The translations under genes were made by a program, and so were the position numbers. The notes beneath the pieces were generated by a model. The model saw only the letters and a program-made list of their open reading frames with translations, was not told the DNA's origin and made no database searches. A stretch of 64,000 nucleotides of DNA, from IMG/VR virus record IMGVR_UViG_3300049044_000033, positions 350,796-414,795 of that record. The stretch is one strand, 5' to 3'. This document shows, piece by piece, positions 46,666 through 55,704 of the stretch. Position 1 is the stretch's first letter. Each line of letters begins with the position of its first letter. This stretch comes from a virus (lineage: Duplodnaviria; Heunggongvirae; Uroviricota; Caudoviricetes).

Positions 46666-47061
46666 TCAACCAAAAGTCAGCTTGAAGAGACTAGCAAGAC
46701 CTTTATTGGAGAATTTTGCCCTCAAGACACACTTAGGAGGCAGCTTCCGCAATACGTCGTCAAAGGGATCACCAGCATCAACAATAAAGGTAAATTCAAC
46801 CTTGCCTGTGATAGTCATAGAACGAACCCATTCCATGACATTTGAACCTCTGATGCAGAAATCAGGATTCTTCAATACCGCGTTGTGACCTAATATACAA
46901 CCACGGGTATTCAGTTCAATGGTAGAGAATGGAAGATTGAGTTCCACCCGATATGGTGTGAAAACTCTAGTCCATTTATCTTTGAAACGATAGCGATAGA
47001 CTCGACGATCCTGGTACGGAACATCTCCGCCACCCCTATAGAATGTCTCTTCATTCCACAT
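46666..47061 (-). CDS. small protein, 'AxxFKL' family
   Basis: C-terminal AKFSNKGLASLFKLTFG. Confidence 0.75.
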   Translation of the reverse strand: MWNEETFYRGGGDVPYQDRRVYRYRFKDKWTRVFTPYRVELNLPFSTIELNTRGCILGHNAVLKNPDFCIRGSNVMEWVRSMTITGKVEFTFIVDAGDPFDDVLRKLPPKCVLRAKFSNKGLASLFKLTFG

Positions 47062-47345
47062 TACCGACCACCCATTTGAAGCTTACACAGGACGGCAACC
47101 TTAGAATCAGTGAAACCGATCTCTACTGGAATTTTGGCCCCGATGAGATTGTCTCGAGTTGGGTGACAAGTAAACCGCATCAATCCCTTACCATGCTGCT
47201 TAAACCATGTCTCGAGGTTGATTCCACCAGCTTCAACCTTCCAATCCATTCCTCGGTATTTTAAGAAGAGTCGGACGTCAGCTTCATGCAGGACGACACG
47301 GTAATAATAGCTAGGTCGCCATTGCCAACGACGCCACCGACCCAT
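47061..47345 (-). CDS. small protein, 'AxxFKL' family (start uncertain)
   Basis: C-terminal IGFTDSKVAVLCKLQMGG; first ATG clear of the upstream gene is 47345. Confidence 0.65.
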   Translation of the reverse strand: MGRWRRWQWRPSYYYRVVLHEADVRLFLKYRGMDWKVEAGGINLETWFKQHGKGLMRFTCHPTRDNLIGAKIPVEIGFTDSKVAVLCKLQMGGR

Positions 47346-47379
47346 TACCCGAATGTGAGCATTGTCTCTTCCACGAGTC

Positions 47380-48216
47380 TTAGACCAAGTCCAAACCGGC
47401 CCACTCTCTAGCAGCCGCTCGACTAACTCCCTCAACGACTTTCGCAAGGTCACAAGCATAGAGTCCCGCGCAGCTAAATCCGTTGAGTTCGACAATCTTC
47501 GGCCCTTCTTCTGTCAACGCAACGTCGCAGGTGTATGCGACGTCTACTTGCCATCCCTGTTTAGCTACTTTCTCGGCTAGAGTAAAGCACTCTTCTGGCC
47601 AGTCGCGTCGGATATCCAGCTTGCCGTCCCAGCGGTATTCTGAACCTGTAATCACTTCCTTGTCAGCGATCACAAAACGAAACTCGCCTTGTATATCCTG
47701 GCACTGGTTGACCAGAATCAAAGTATCATCGACCACACTACTGGTCTGATCCAGAGAGGATATGTCATGATCAATCGTACCAAACTTGACCTTATGACCC
47801 GCGAAGGTTTTGAGGCCACTATTAGGGCGAATGAATAGCTCTCCTGCATCGAAATTGTAGAACAACTCTCGGGCACGATGCTTAAACATCGCCCAGGTCA
47901 TCATATTGGCATTTCGATTCATGAACCAATCGAGTGGGAGATTGCTCATGTAGGAAGAGGCTTGGGTTCTAGCATTCACACCTAAGGCACCAGGCTGATA
48001 CTGGTGGGATTCTACATATCGGGTGAATTCATGTGACCCGTAGAGAACCACACATTTGTCGTTGGCAACCAGGGGATCACTGTAGGTGCCGTCAGGGTGA
48101 CGATCAACAAAGATTGCTTCGTGACCGGCCTCGCGGACGTAGTGGTCAATGGTATGGCGATCATATGAGAGTTTCTCAAGAATGCCGCGGTCTAAGAGCC
48201 AGATAATAGGAACCAT
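47380..48216 (-). CDS. ATP-grasp domain protein (R2K/DUF4343-like)
   Basis: LFIRPNSGLKTFAG, EFRFVI, DVA, IVELNGFSCAGLY. Confidence 0.8.
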   Translation of the reverse strand: MVPIIWLLDRGILEKLSYDRHTIDHYVREAGHEAIFVDRHPDGTYSDPLVANDKCVVLYGSHEFTRYVESHQYQPGALGVNARTQASSYMSNLPLDWFMNRNANMMTWAMFKHRARELFYNFDAGELFIRPNSGLKTFAGHKVKFGTIDHDISSLDQTSSVVDDTLILVNQCQDIQGEFRFVIADKEVITGSEYRWDGKLDIRRDWPEECFTLAEKVAKQGWQVDVAYTCDVALTEEGPKIVELNGFSCAGLYACDLAKVVEGVSRAAAREWAGLDLV

Positions 48217-48256
48217 CCCTCCTTTGTAAAGAGGGATGGTTTTTAAGTCAACCTAT

Positions 48257-48619
48257 TCAAGCAGCGTAACGCTGCTCAAACGGCAATTCGGTTTGAATTG
48301 GTGTGGACTCTGCAATTGGCGTGACCGTCATATTACATTCGGCCATCATGCTGAACATGATCTTTCGAAGCTGCTCAGCCATTTTAATTGCCTTGACGTC
48401 CGAATCCAAGACAGCATCGCGCCGAATATTATGTAATTCGGCCTTGGCATGCTGTCTAGCTTCGTTGAGGATCATCGTGCTAAACGCTTCCTCAACTTGC
48501 TCCGGAGAAACGGCCTTACCCTCAGCTAGGAGTTCAGGCGCAATATTCTCGATATCTACATTCAACGAAATGTTAAATTTTGGCACGTCGATCTCCACTG
48601 AGAAAGTGTTTCGACTCAA
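48257..48619 (-). CDS. hypothetical protein ending in -YAA
   Basis: 120-aa ORF, TTG start uncertain. Confidence 0.65.
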   Translation of the reverse strand: MSRNTFSVEIDVPKFNISLNVDIENIAPELLAEGKAVSPEQVEEAFSTMILNEARQHAKAELHNIRRDAVLDSDVKAIKMAEQLRKIMFSMMAECNMTVTPIAESTPIQTELPFEQRYAA

Positions 48620-48752
48620 AACACGAACCCATATTAACTAATACTTTTTAGTTCTAAGTCGATCTCTTGCCAGCGGTTATCCACCGTAGCAATCTCGATT
48701 TAACTGATTACAGGATAGAGTCAAGGAAAATATGACTAAGTTTAAAATTAAT

Positions 48753-49070
48753 CTATAAAGTATTAACTAGTAGATTAAGAAACAGGGGAATCTGCGGTTT
48801 GTCATATAGGAGATAGGGGCCTAGCTTGAAATACAGGGCCTCCTTAACATCACTGAACTGGATGCGAATATATACATGATTTTCATGGTCTTTTGGTTGA
48901 ATCTCTTCAATCTGCTCAAGCGTCCATTCGCTCTTACAGTTCTTCAAAAGCCAGATTTCAATAAAGCTGTATAGGAGATCAACCTTAAGTTTTGCCAGGT
49001 GCGTAACTTCGAGAACAACGGCAGCTCTGCTATCTAGAGCTTGAGGGTGAGTTGTCCTTAATAGGTTCAT
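48753..49070 (-). CDS. small protein, 'AxxFKL' family; TAG stop
   Basis: WLLKNCKSEW...IQFSDVKEALYFKL; late box CATAAATA 4 nt upstream. Confidence 0.7.
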   Translation of the reverse strand: MNLLRTTHPQALDSRAAVVLEVTHLAKLKVDLLYSFIEIWLLKNCKSEWTLEQIEEIQPKDHENHVYIRIQFSDVKEALYFKLGPYLLYDKPQIPLFLNLLVNTL

Positions 49071-49074
49071 ACTA

Positions 49075-49082
49075 TATTTATG
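49075..49082 (-). promoter_or_regulatory. putative late promoter CATAAATA (transcript probably leaderless)
   Basis: TAAATA core 4 nt before ATG 49070, no RBS between. Confidence 0.5.
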
Positions 49083-49127
49083 AGCATAACATAGCCCACA
49101 AATATAGTCATGCCTTAAGGCAGGATG

Positions 49128-50330
49128 TTACTCCTGCCCCTTAGCATCCCTCAAGTCATACCAGGACAACCCGCCCCATAGATGCCTCACAGAATCTACT
49201 CGGCTTTGGCTTGCCAGTTTGTTACCCACGAACTTGACAAGGTATTCATAGAGAGCAGCCTCTCCCTCTTCTAAGCGATCCCACATCCAGAACTTGATGC
49301 CATTCAGAATATCATCCTTGCCCTGCAGGTTCTTTTCGGCGAACTTCTTCTTGCTTCCGTTGAAGTTGTCGAAATCGGCTTGAACTTCCCAGTAGAGATC
49401 ACTTGCGAGCTTCTTCAAACCTGTGAAGATAGTCATGCCAAACTCGTCAGCCTTGGCAACTAGATCTTCAGGTAAGAAAGGCTTGGCATCATCAAGTTTC
49501 TCGTCAATGATCAACCGGATGACATCCTTCTCAAGAGTCATGTGCTCCAGAGTCTTGTGGATCTGGCAATACCATTCACCCTTGAGCTTGCGAGCATGTC
49601 CGTTAATGTCACGCCATACATCGCCTTCTGCACCCTCGAGGGCACGGATTTCCTCAAGGAGTTCCTGGTCAAAACCAGTCATCTCATAGCTGGCATAGAC
49701 TAGAGGGATATCATAGGCTTCTGCCTCTTCCTTCATTTCCTCATAGGTCTTATATTCACCGGTGATGTTTTCACGAATAGCCGTTAAGATCAACTTGGAA
49801 TCAGGATAGTCGATAACAATCCTCTGCTCGCGAGAGCACCATTCAAAGATAGGTGTCCAGCCCTGGCTCATCCAATACTTTGCGAACTCGTGATAGTTGA
49901 CCTTGTCCTTAGTGAATCGGTCAACAGGCTTTGCCACATCAGTCAAACCCATCTTCGTAGCCCAACGAACTTCTCCATTGATCAACAGAGGAGTGATCAT
50001 TGAACCATCAAGCTTTTCGAAGCGACGATAAGGGATTGACCAGTCAATGTTCTGCGGCAAAGTCTCGGGGCGTTCTCCCAAGTTGAAGAACTTGTGATAC
50101 TTGCGTGAGATGATCTCACCCGTCGATGTGCGGAACGTAACACCACGACACTCGCGCAGAATTGCCGTGCGCTCATCGGTCACCGGAGGGAAGGTATCAT
50201 CAAAGTTTACCGCATAGTTGATGATTGTGTAGTCGTGCTCTTCATTGACACGAATCACAAACTCTTCATGACCTTCGATGGCTTTGAGCACTTGGTCGAT
50301 ATGAGTGATGCGAGGAAACTGGTAAGTCAT
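49128..50330 (-). CDS. rnlA: RNA ligase 1 (T4 RnlA-like)
   Basis: ECRG, KFFNLGE, motif I EKLDGS, FEW....RIVIDY, EG, KLKGEWY. Confidence 0.9.
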   Translation of the reverse strand: MTYQFPRITHIDQVLKAIEGHEEFVIRVNEEHDYTIINYAVNFDDTFPPVTDERTAILRECRGVTFRTSTGEIISRKYHKFFNLGERPETLPQNIDWSIPYRRFEKLDGSMITPLLINGEVRWATKMGLTDVAKPVDRFTKDKVNYHEFAKYWMSQGWTPIFEWCSREQRIVIDYPDSKLILTAIRENITGEYKTYEEMKEEAEAYDIPLVYASYEMTGFDQELLEEIRALEGAEGDVWRDINGHARKLKGEWYCQIHKTLEHMTLEKDVIRLIIDEKLDDAKPFLPEDLVAKADEFGMTIFTGLKKLASDLYWEVQADFDNFNGSKKKFAEKNLQGKDDILNGIKFWMWDRLEEGEAALYEYLVKFVGNKLASQSRVDSVRHLWGGLSWYDLRDAKGQE

Positions 50331-50361
50331 ACGTGGCCCCTAGGCAGTAAATCGATCTGCT

Positions 50362-50391
50362 AAAAAGTAGGGAGCCCGAAGGCTCCCTACT
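50362..50391 (-). terminator. intrinsic terminator after clpP
   Basis: AGTAGGGAGCC-TTCG-GGCTCCCTACT followed by a U-tract on the minus strand. Confidence 0.85.
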
Positions 50392-50414
50392 GGGACCACA
50401 ACCAGTGGGTTTAA

Positions 50415-51035
50415 TTAGGGACGATGCTCAATGACCTGATCGCCCAGACCCATAGCAACAGCTTCTTCGGCCGAGAGGAAGGTGTCGAACTTCATGTTCT
50501 CAAACATTTCCTCATAGGTCTTGCCAGCAGTGTTGTGGCGAACATAAAGTTCAGTGAGGCGCTGGTTGATGCGCTCCGACTCTTCGAACGAACGCTTGGC
50601 ATCTTCGAACTGAAGGGCCTGAACGTGAACCGAACCCGAAGTGCCACGAGTGCCCGACGACACACGATGGATCATAGTGCGCGACTCGGGAAGCAGATAA
50701 CGCTTACCGCCAGCACCGGCCTGAGCCAAGAAGGAACCCATGGAGCAAGCCTGACCCATAACGAGAGTGCAGACGTCTGGCTTGATGAAACGCATCGTGT
50801 CGTAGATGGCCAGACCAGCCGTTACGGCACCACCTGGCGAGTTGATGTAAAGCCAGATATCCTTGGTCAGATCTTCTGATTCAAGAAAGAGAAGCTGGGC
50901 GCAAACAATCTGCGCCATGTGGTCTTCAACTTCGCCATTGAGGAACACAATGCGTTCCTTCAGCAGACGGGAGTAGATGTCGTATGCGCGTTCGCCACGA
51001 TTGGTAGATTCAATGACTGTTGGAACCAGAGGCAT
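50415..51035 (-). CDS. clpP: ATP-dependent Clp protease proteolytic subunit
   Basis: [28 protein letters not shown] (Ser), MIH (His), FD (Asp); short insertion in the handle region. Confidence 0.95.
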   Translation of the reverse strand: MPLVPTVIESTNRGERAYDIYSRLLKERIVFLNGEVEDHMAQIVCAQLLFLESEDLTKDIWLYINSPGGAVTAGLAIYDTMRFIKPDVCTLVMGQACSMGSFLAQAGAGGKRYLLPESRTMIHRVSSGTRGTSGSVHVQALQFEDAKRSFEESERINQRLTELYVRHNTAGKTYEEMFENMKFDTFLSAEEAVAMGLGDQVIEHRP

Positions 51036-51099
51036 TTCTTGAAAACTCCTTATTGCTAGACCGGTTTATTGCCTAGCTGACCTTATTATCAATATTCTT

Positions 51100-51414
51100 T
51101 TACGAAATTTGCCACGCCTGGTGACCACCTCGAAGTTTAAACATCAAGGCATCGTTATTGTCCTCAAAGCGAACAACCATAGTGTATTCGCCTGACTTCT
51201 TGGACTTTGGATGTTGGAAATTATACGAGGACCACTCGCCGGGGCAGTTCTCTTTAAGCCACTCTTGGACCTTCTTTACAGCATCCCAGCTATCGGGAAC
51301 TATAAACTGAACGCGAGTCCAAGATAGGTTCATTGGACCCTGTTGGTTCAGGCGTAGAAGTTCTCTGGTCGAGACTTCTAAGTCAGTAAATCGGATAACT
51401 TCTGGCTGTTTCAT
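51100..51414 (-). CDS. small protein, 'AxxFKL' family
   Basis: EWLKENCPGEW...VRFEDNNDALMFKLRGG. Confidence 0.8.
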   Translation of the reverse strand: MKQPEVIRFTDLEVSTRELLRLNQQGPMNLSWTRVQFIVPDSWDAVKKVQEWLKENCPGEWSSYNFQHPKSKKSGEYTMVVRFEDNNDALMFKLRGGHQAWQIS

Positions 51415-51527
51415 ATCCCCATATTAGTGGTCTGGGGATCTTAGAGTCTATATTGAAGTGCAGGTGCTAGGGCGGGAGAACCATGTCCTATGGGCTTCGT
51501 AGGGCACTCATGATATAGTTGATATGT

Positions 51528-51559
51528 GAACGAGCAGGGAGGCGCCTCCCTGCTCGTTC
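51528..51559. terminator. perfect 32-bp palindrome (terminator-like)
   Basis: GAACGAGCAGGGAGGC|GCCTCCCTGCTCGTTC. Confidence 0.6.
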
Positions 51560-51618
51560 TTTACTTCGCCCCGTAGGGCGAGTGAGGAAGGCGCCGAGTT
51601 ACCGGCGACAACCATCCC

Positions 51619-52908
51619 TTATGCGGCGCGCTTTGCCTCGTCCTTGACGTAGTAGGCAGTCATGCCCCACGGAGCAACAATCGAGGTGTTGCCGTGGACG
51701 ATGAACAGCGTATCGCAATATTCCTCTTCACCCCAAGTACCACAGGGGTAGCCGTCAGTGAACATCACGAACTTCTTGGGTTCGATTGCGTCGCCCAGAC
51801 CTTCAACGTTGGGGAAGCCGTAGCCGGCTGGATCGCGCATGAACTCCCAGTTACATTCGAACATGGTGCCACCACCGCCTTGCGGATTGTAGTCCATGAT
51901 CTCGTCGATGTTCGCCGAAGTGAAGACCTTCGGGTTATAAACGCGAGTATCGAAAGTCCACAGGGTCAGCTTGAACTCGTCGAACGTTTCCATGATGCCC
52001 TTGGTTTCCGAGAGGAAGTCCCGCAGCATTTCGTCCGTCATCGAGCCCGAGGTATCGATGCAGACCGCAACGTCAACAGTGTCCTTGAAGTTCTGACCCG
52101 GCAGGATGACCGAAGCACCACCGTCAATCGACCACGACCGCTTCGAAGGACGCGCAAACGTATAGTCGTCCTTGATCGAGGACTGAATGTGCATCTCGAG
52201 AAGCGAGCGCCAGTCCATGATGGGGTTCGTGAAGTCTTCGATGAGGCGCTTAACACCAGCAGGGACCTTGCCAGCGCCAACAGCCTGTGCGGCGTTAATG
52301 GTAGCTGCCTTGATCTCGTTGCGGATCTTTTGCTTGTCTTCCTCAGTCAGCTGCGGAGGACCATCGGGACCACCCTGAACCGTAACAGTGACTTGCTTGC
52401 CGCCGTTGCCGTCGCCGTCCTGCTCGTCGCCATCGCTGCCGTCCATTTCCAAGTGCTCGTCCAGCGTCATCTGGAACTTGGTCTGGTTCTGCTCAAGCAA
52501 ACGGTAGACTTCTTCCGAAGTCATCTCGTCGGTGTAGCGGTCATCATAGAGGCCGCCCTTGGGCATGGCGCCCAGCTTTTCCTTAACCAGCGTATAGTTG
52601 ACGATGTAGTCGTTGGCCATGTTCCACAGCTTGTGCTCGCGTGAGCCCTTACGACCAAGATGGTCATAGACGCAGTGGAGGACTTCGTGGCCAATAAGGA
52701 ACAGCAGCTCGTCGGGAGTCAGTGCCTTAATGAACTCGCGGTTGTAATAGAGCTTGCGACCGTCAGTGGCCGCAGTCTTGCACCACTTAGAAGCGTCCAC
52801 GAGCTCCATCCGGGTAGCAAGGTTGCCGAAGAACGGCTGATTGAAGAGGAGACCCACGCGCGCCTGCACAATCGCCTGCACCACTGGATCCGACATATTA
52901 GCTGCCAT
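51619..52908 (-). CDS. metallopeptidase-like (HExxH) plus VWA domain protein (DUF2201-type)
   Basis: TAATDG, HEVLH, WN.A.DY, DTSGSM MIDAS, GGGGT, FTDG. Confidence 0.85.
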   Translation of the reverse strand: MAANMSDPVVQAIVQARVGLLFNQPFFGNLATRMELVDASKWCKTAATDGRKLYYNREFIKALTPDELLFLIGHEVLHCVYDHLGRKGSREHKLWNMANDYIVNYTLVKEKLGAMPKGGLYDDRYTDEMTSEEVYRLLEQNQTKFQMTLDEHLEMDGSDGDEQDGDGNGGKQVTVTVQGGPDGPPQLTEEDKQKIRNEIKAATINAAQAVGAGKVPAGVKRLIEDFTNPIMDWRSLLEMHIQSSIKDDYTFARPSKRSWSIDGGASVILPGQNFKDTVDVAVCIDTSGSMTDEMLRDFLSETKGIMETFDEFKLTLWTFDTRVYNPKVFTSANIDEIMDYNPQGGGGTMFECNWEFMRDPAGYGFPNVEGLGDAIEPKKFVMFTDGYPCGTWGEEEYCDTLFIVHGNTSIVAPWGMTAYYVKDEAKRAA

Positions 52909-52935
52909 GGGAGCCTTCCTTTCTTGTTCTTACTC

Positions 52936-52963
52936 AATATAGCAGGAGCAGAACTAGTGTCAA
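52936..52963 (-). promoter_or_regulatory. sigma70-type promoter TTGACA-N16-TATATT
   Basis: Upstream of the VWA gene, right after a terminator. Confidence 0.65.
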
Positions 52964-52975
52964 CCTATTTGCCAT

Positions 52976-53009
52976 AAAAACGGGGTGGAACGTTGCCATT
53001 CCACCCCGT
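52976..53009 (-). terminator. intrinsic terminator after the AAA ATPase
   Basis: ACGGGGTGGAA...TTCCACCCCGT followed by a U-tract on the minus strand. Confidence 0.8.
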
Positions 53010-53036
53010 CCCGTTAGGCCACGGGAACCGCTTGGA

Positions 53037-54230
53037 TCAAGCGCCCAGGATCAGGTCCTGGTACTTGTCCGAGAAGTCGTCCCAGTTCTTCATGCCCGAA
53101 GGATCGAACTGGATCTTGAAGATCGCCAGTGCGGTGCGCGCACCCATGATCACCATTTCCGACTGGAAGTTGGCCATCATGAAGCCCAGGAAGTTGTCAA
53201 CGTTGACGTTGAACTTCTTCTTGTCTTCGGCCTTGCCCTTGGCTGCAGAATCGAAGCGATCCTTCAGTTCGTAGCAGAGAGCGGTCGTCAGCGCATACAT
53301 CAGCGAAACGTCGGCGCCCTTCTTCAGGTCAGTGACCTTGCCCTCGAGGATGTCGCTCGCAGCCGGCAGATTCGCAGCATTCTTGCGGTATTCGAGGAAC
53401 TTGACCGCAATACCGTCACCAACAGCGCCGGCGATCAGAGCCATCTGAACCGTCTCAGGAATGTTCGGGTCACCGCGCAGGATATCCGAAACGCTTTCCC
53501 ACGAACGAGGAGTCGGGAAGCCGCGCGATGCGCTGGTCGCTTCGAACTGGAACAGTTCGTGCTTGAACGCAGTCAGGTAGCCAACCACTGCCTGGTGGAA
53601 CTGAGTGTTGAGTGCGAAGTTCTGGAAGTCTTCGAAGTCAACCCGCATTTCAATGTGGGTGAAACGATTCTGCAGGGGCGTCGGCATCTTAAACGTTGCG
53701 CCCTTGTCAGTGTCGCGGTTACCGGCTGCCATCACGATCACGTTCGTGGGGCACAGCCATTCACCGAGCGCACCGTCGAGAACAATCTGGTAAGAACCAG
53801 CCTGGACTGAAGGAGCAGCGTTGGGCAGCTCGTCGAGCAGGATGATGGCGCCATCATACTTGTGACCGAAATCGTCTTCGATGGTTGCAGTGCCGTTGGC
53901 GTTGCCGACGTCGCGCTTGGGAAGCAGTGCCGGGATAGCCCATTCGACGTAGGCCTTGCCCTCGTCGTTCTTGAAGGGAACCGGAATACCGCGAAGGTCG
54001 GTCGGTTCCATCTGCGTCAGTCGAATATCGATGAGCTTGAAGTTCAGTTCGTCGGCGACCTGCTCGACAACCGAGGACTTAGCAATACCTGGGGCACCCC
54101 AAATAAACAGACCGCGGCGCTTCTTGCCACGCTTTGCGTTTTCGAGGTTGACTTCGACCATGTGCTTGATCGCAATGGACGCTTCCGACGGCTTCACCGT
54201 CAACGTATCGATACGAGCCTTCTTAGACAT
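53037..54230 (-). CDS. MoxR-like AAA+ ATPase
   Basis: WGAPGIAKS, DLRGIP, LLDEL, AAGN, NRF, TPRSW; paired with the VWA gene. Confidence 0.9.
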   Translation of the reverse strand: MSKKARIDTLTVKPSEASIAIKHMVEVNLENAKRGKKRRGLFIWGAPGIAKSSVVEQVADELNFKLIDIRLTQMEPTDLRGIPVPFKNDEGKAYVEWAIPALLPKRDVGNANGTATIEDDFGHKYDGAIILLDELPNAAPSVQAGSYQIVLDGALGEWLCPTNVIVMAAGNRDTDKGATFKMPTPLQNRFTHIEMRVDFEDFQNFALNTQFHQAVVGYLTAFKHELFQFEATSASRGFPTPRSWESVSDILRGDPNIPETVQMALIAGAVGDGIAVKFLEYRKNAANLPAASDILEGKVTDLKKGADVSLMYALTTALCYELKDRFDSAAKGKAEDKKKFNVNVDNFLGFMMANFQSEMVIMGARTALAIFKIQFDPSGMKNWDDFSDKYQDLILGA

Positions 54231-54278
54231 TTGAACTCCTTGTGGGTGGCCTAACGGTTACAAACTAACCTGCCCTCA

Positions 54279-54306
54279 CCTATACTACTAAAAAGTGGTA
54301 TGTCAA
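54279..54306 (-). promoter_or_regulatory. sigma70-type promoter TTGACA-N16-TATAGG
   Basis: Upstream of the AAA ATPase, which has an AAGGAG RBS. Confidence 0.55.
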
Positions 54307-54415
54307 CCTACTTTTTGGTTTCTAGGGGAGGAAGTTGTTTGTCCCCGCCGCTGTTTGCTGGTTAGCGGCACCTTATCAGAAGCGCAATAAGAAAATCACC
54401 ATGTGGTGAAATTTT

Positions 54416-54811
54416 TCAACTCACAAAGGCTTGAAGGAGAGTATCGAGATTGCCAACCAGCTTTGCCTTCATGGCAAGGTCGGCTTCGAAGAGTATGATC
54501 GTGATAGGGAGATATGCAGTGGCATACCAGGGCATACGACATATACGATCCAAATACAGTATATGGCGACTGCTGAAAATCTGTTGCTCAGGGAAGACTA
54601 TTTCATACTTCTTAAAATAGCTGGTCATGATTGCCAGCCCGCCTTGGCTCAATTGGAGCCCGTGCTTATTGTCGTTCCCTCCACGGAAGTTCACAAACAT
54701 CAAGCGGATAATCTCATCATCAGTCATGCCAGGTAGCTGCGATACAGCAGCAACAGGTTTTTCAACCATTGCTTTCTTTATCGCAGCTATTATGGCGTAA
54801 TGGATACTCAC
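54416..54811 (-). CDS. conserved hypothetical phage protein
   Basis: GL.LS..G...LYLDR....PWY...LFEADLAM..KL. Confidence 0.7.
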   Translation of the reverse strand: MSIHYAIIAAIKKAMVEKPVAAVSQLPGMTDDEIIRLMFVNFRGGNDNKHGLQLSQGGLAIMTSYFKKYEIVFPEQQIFSSRHILYLDRICRMPWYATAYLPITIILFEADLAMKAKLVGNLDTLLQAFVS

Positions 54812-55095
54812 TCTGAGATCGGCTTACCACCGGTTAGCTCATAGACCTTGAACTTGTCGGTCTTGAAGAGCTTGTTGAGTTTCTCAGCCAAATTAAAAGC
54901 ATGTCCAGGGTTGCTGAAGCTTACTTTCTTATACTTTGGACCGGGATAGTTGATCAAACTGTTGATCGATCTTAGGTTAATTGGTTTACCATCATAGAAT
55001 ACAGCGTAGATCGCCTCAGCCTCGAGAACCTGTTCGGCCTTGTAGGTCTTGGGATCCGTGTAATCCAAAAGGATCTTTGGCTTTGGCCTGCTCAT
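54808..55095 (-). CDS. conserved hypothetical phage protein
   Basis: MSRPKPKILL...PKYKKVSFSNPGHAFNLAEKLN. Confidence 0.8.
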   Translation of the reverse strand: MSRPKPKILLDYTDPKTYKAEQVLEAEAIYAVFYDGKPINLRSINSLINYPGPKYKKVSFSNPGHAFNLAEKLNKLFKTDKFKVYELTGGKPISE

Positions 55096-55634
55096 TTGTT
55101 TTCTCCCTTTAGAGCTTTCTTTGCTTCATGAGCACGACGTCTAGCTTCTGGCCAAGGCTTGCCTTTTAGGGCATCGATAGCTGCCTGTCGAATTTCAGGA
55201 CGATGAAACGCATTGTTTTTACTAATTAATTTCTTAGTTTCATCAGAATGCTTCTTACCATAAAAGGGGTTTCCCTCTCCTTGGTATTTGGCCTTTTTAT
55301 CCAAGCTCATTTGGCGTTTTGTTTCTTCAGAATGTTTTCCGAAGGAACCACCAGACATTTTGTTATAACCTTTTGATGGATCGCATGAATTCATTTTAGA
55401 AATCCAATAAATCTCTCGGTCATTTAGAACGCTCTGATCGGAAGCAGTTTGCTCAAGAATTTCAAATTTGAAATTCTCTAGCCCATCCCTGGCTATAGCA
55501 TTTCGAAGATGCAGACTTGTTGACTTGCTACGGTGCTGAGCCCAACGACCTTCAATGCTATGACTTTGGCCTATATAGACTTTATTATCTAGCAGATTAG
55601 TGATCATATAGATCCCAGGGGTGTGGCGAGACAT
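55092..55634 (-). mobile_element. free-standing GIY-YIG homing endonuclease with NUMOD3-type repeats
   Basis: GIYMITNLLDNKVYIGQS, R, E, GYN; HSEETK repeats, NPFYGKKHS; GAGAGG RBS before ATG 55634. Confidence 0.85.
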
Positions 55635-55660
55635 TTGCGACCTCTCTTTTAAGCACACGA

Positions 55661-55668
55661 TATTTATC
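55661..55668 (-). promoter_or_regulatory. putative late promoter GATAAATA
   Basis: TAAATA core upstream of the GIY-YIG gene. Confidence 0.55.
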
Positions 55669-55670
55669 CG

Positions 55671-55698
55671 TTGACATTTGGATAAAGGGTGTTAGACC
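55671..55698 (+). promoter_or_regulatory. sigma70-type promoter TTGACA-N16-TAGACC for coaE-coaD (probably leaderless)
   Basis: -10 ends 6 nt before ATG 55705; no SD sequence. Confidence 0.55.
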
Positions 55699-55704
55699 CA
55701 ATGT

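Noticed and set aside
47344-47361. Minigene MLTFG* overlapping the start of ORF 47345
   Set aside because: It may aid translational coupling, but it is too short to separate from chance.
51450-51570. Retron msr/msd or self-cleaving ribozyme
   Set aside because: No reverse transcriptase is nearby and I see no hammerhead or twister core; kept only as a generic structured-RNA candidate.
51694-52644. 316-aa + strand ORF and other long antisense ORFs (e.g. 43345..43896, 50424..50879, 42561..43064)
   Set aside because: These are shadow frames opposite well-supported genes, with no recognisable motifs; they are expected from biased codon usage.
55092-55634. Group I intron around the GIY-YIG gene
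   Set aside because: The flanking genes are intact, there is no room for intron core structure, and the endonuclease has its own late promoter and RBS.
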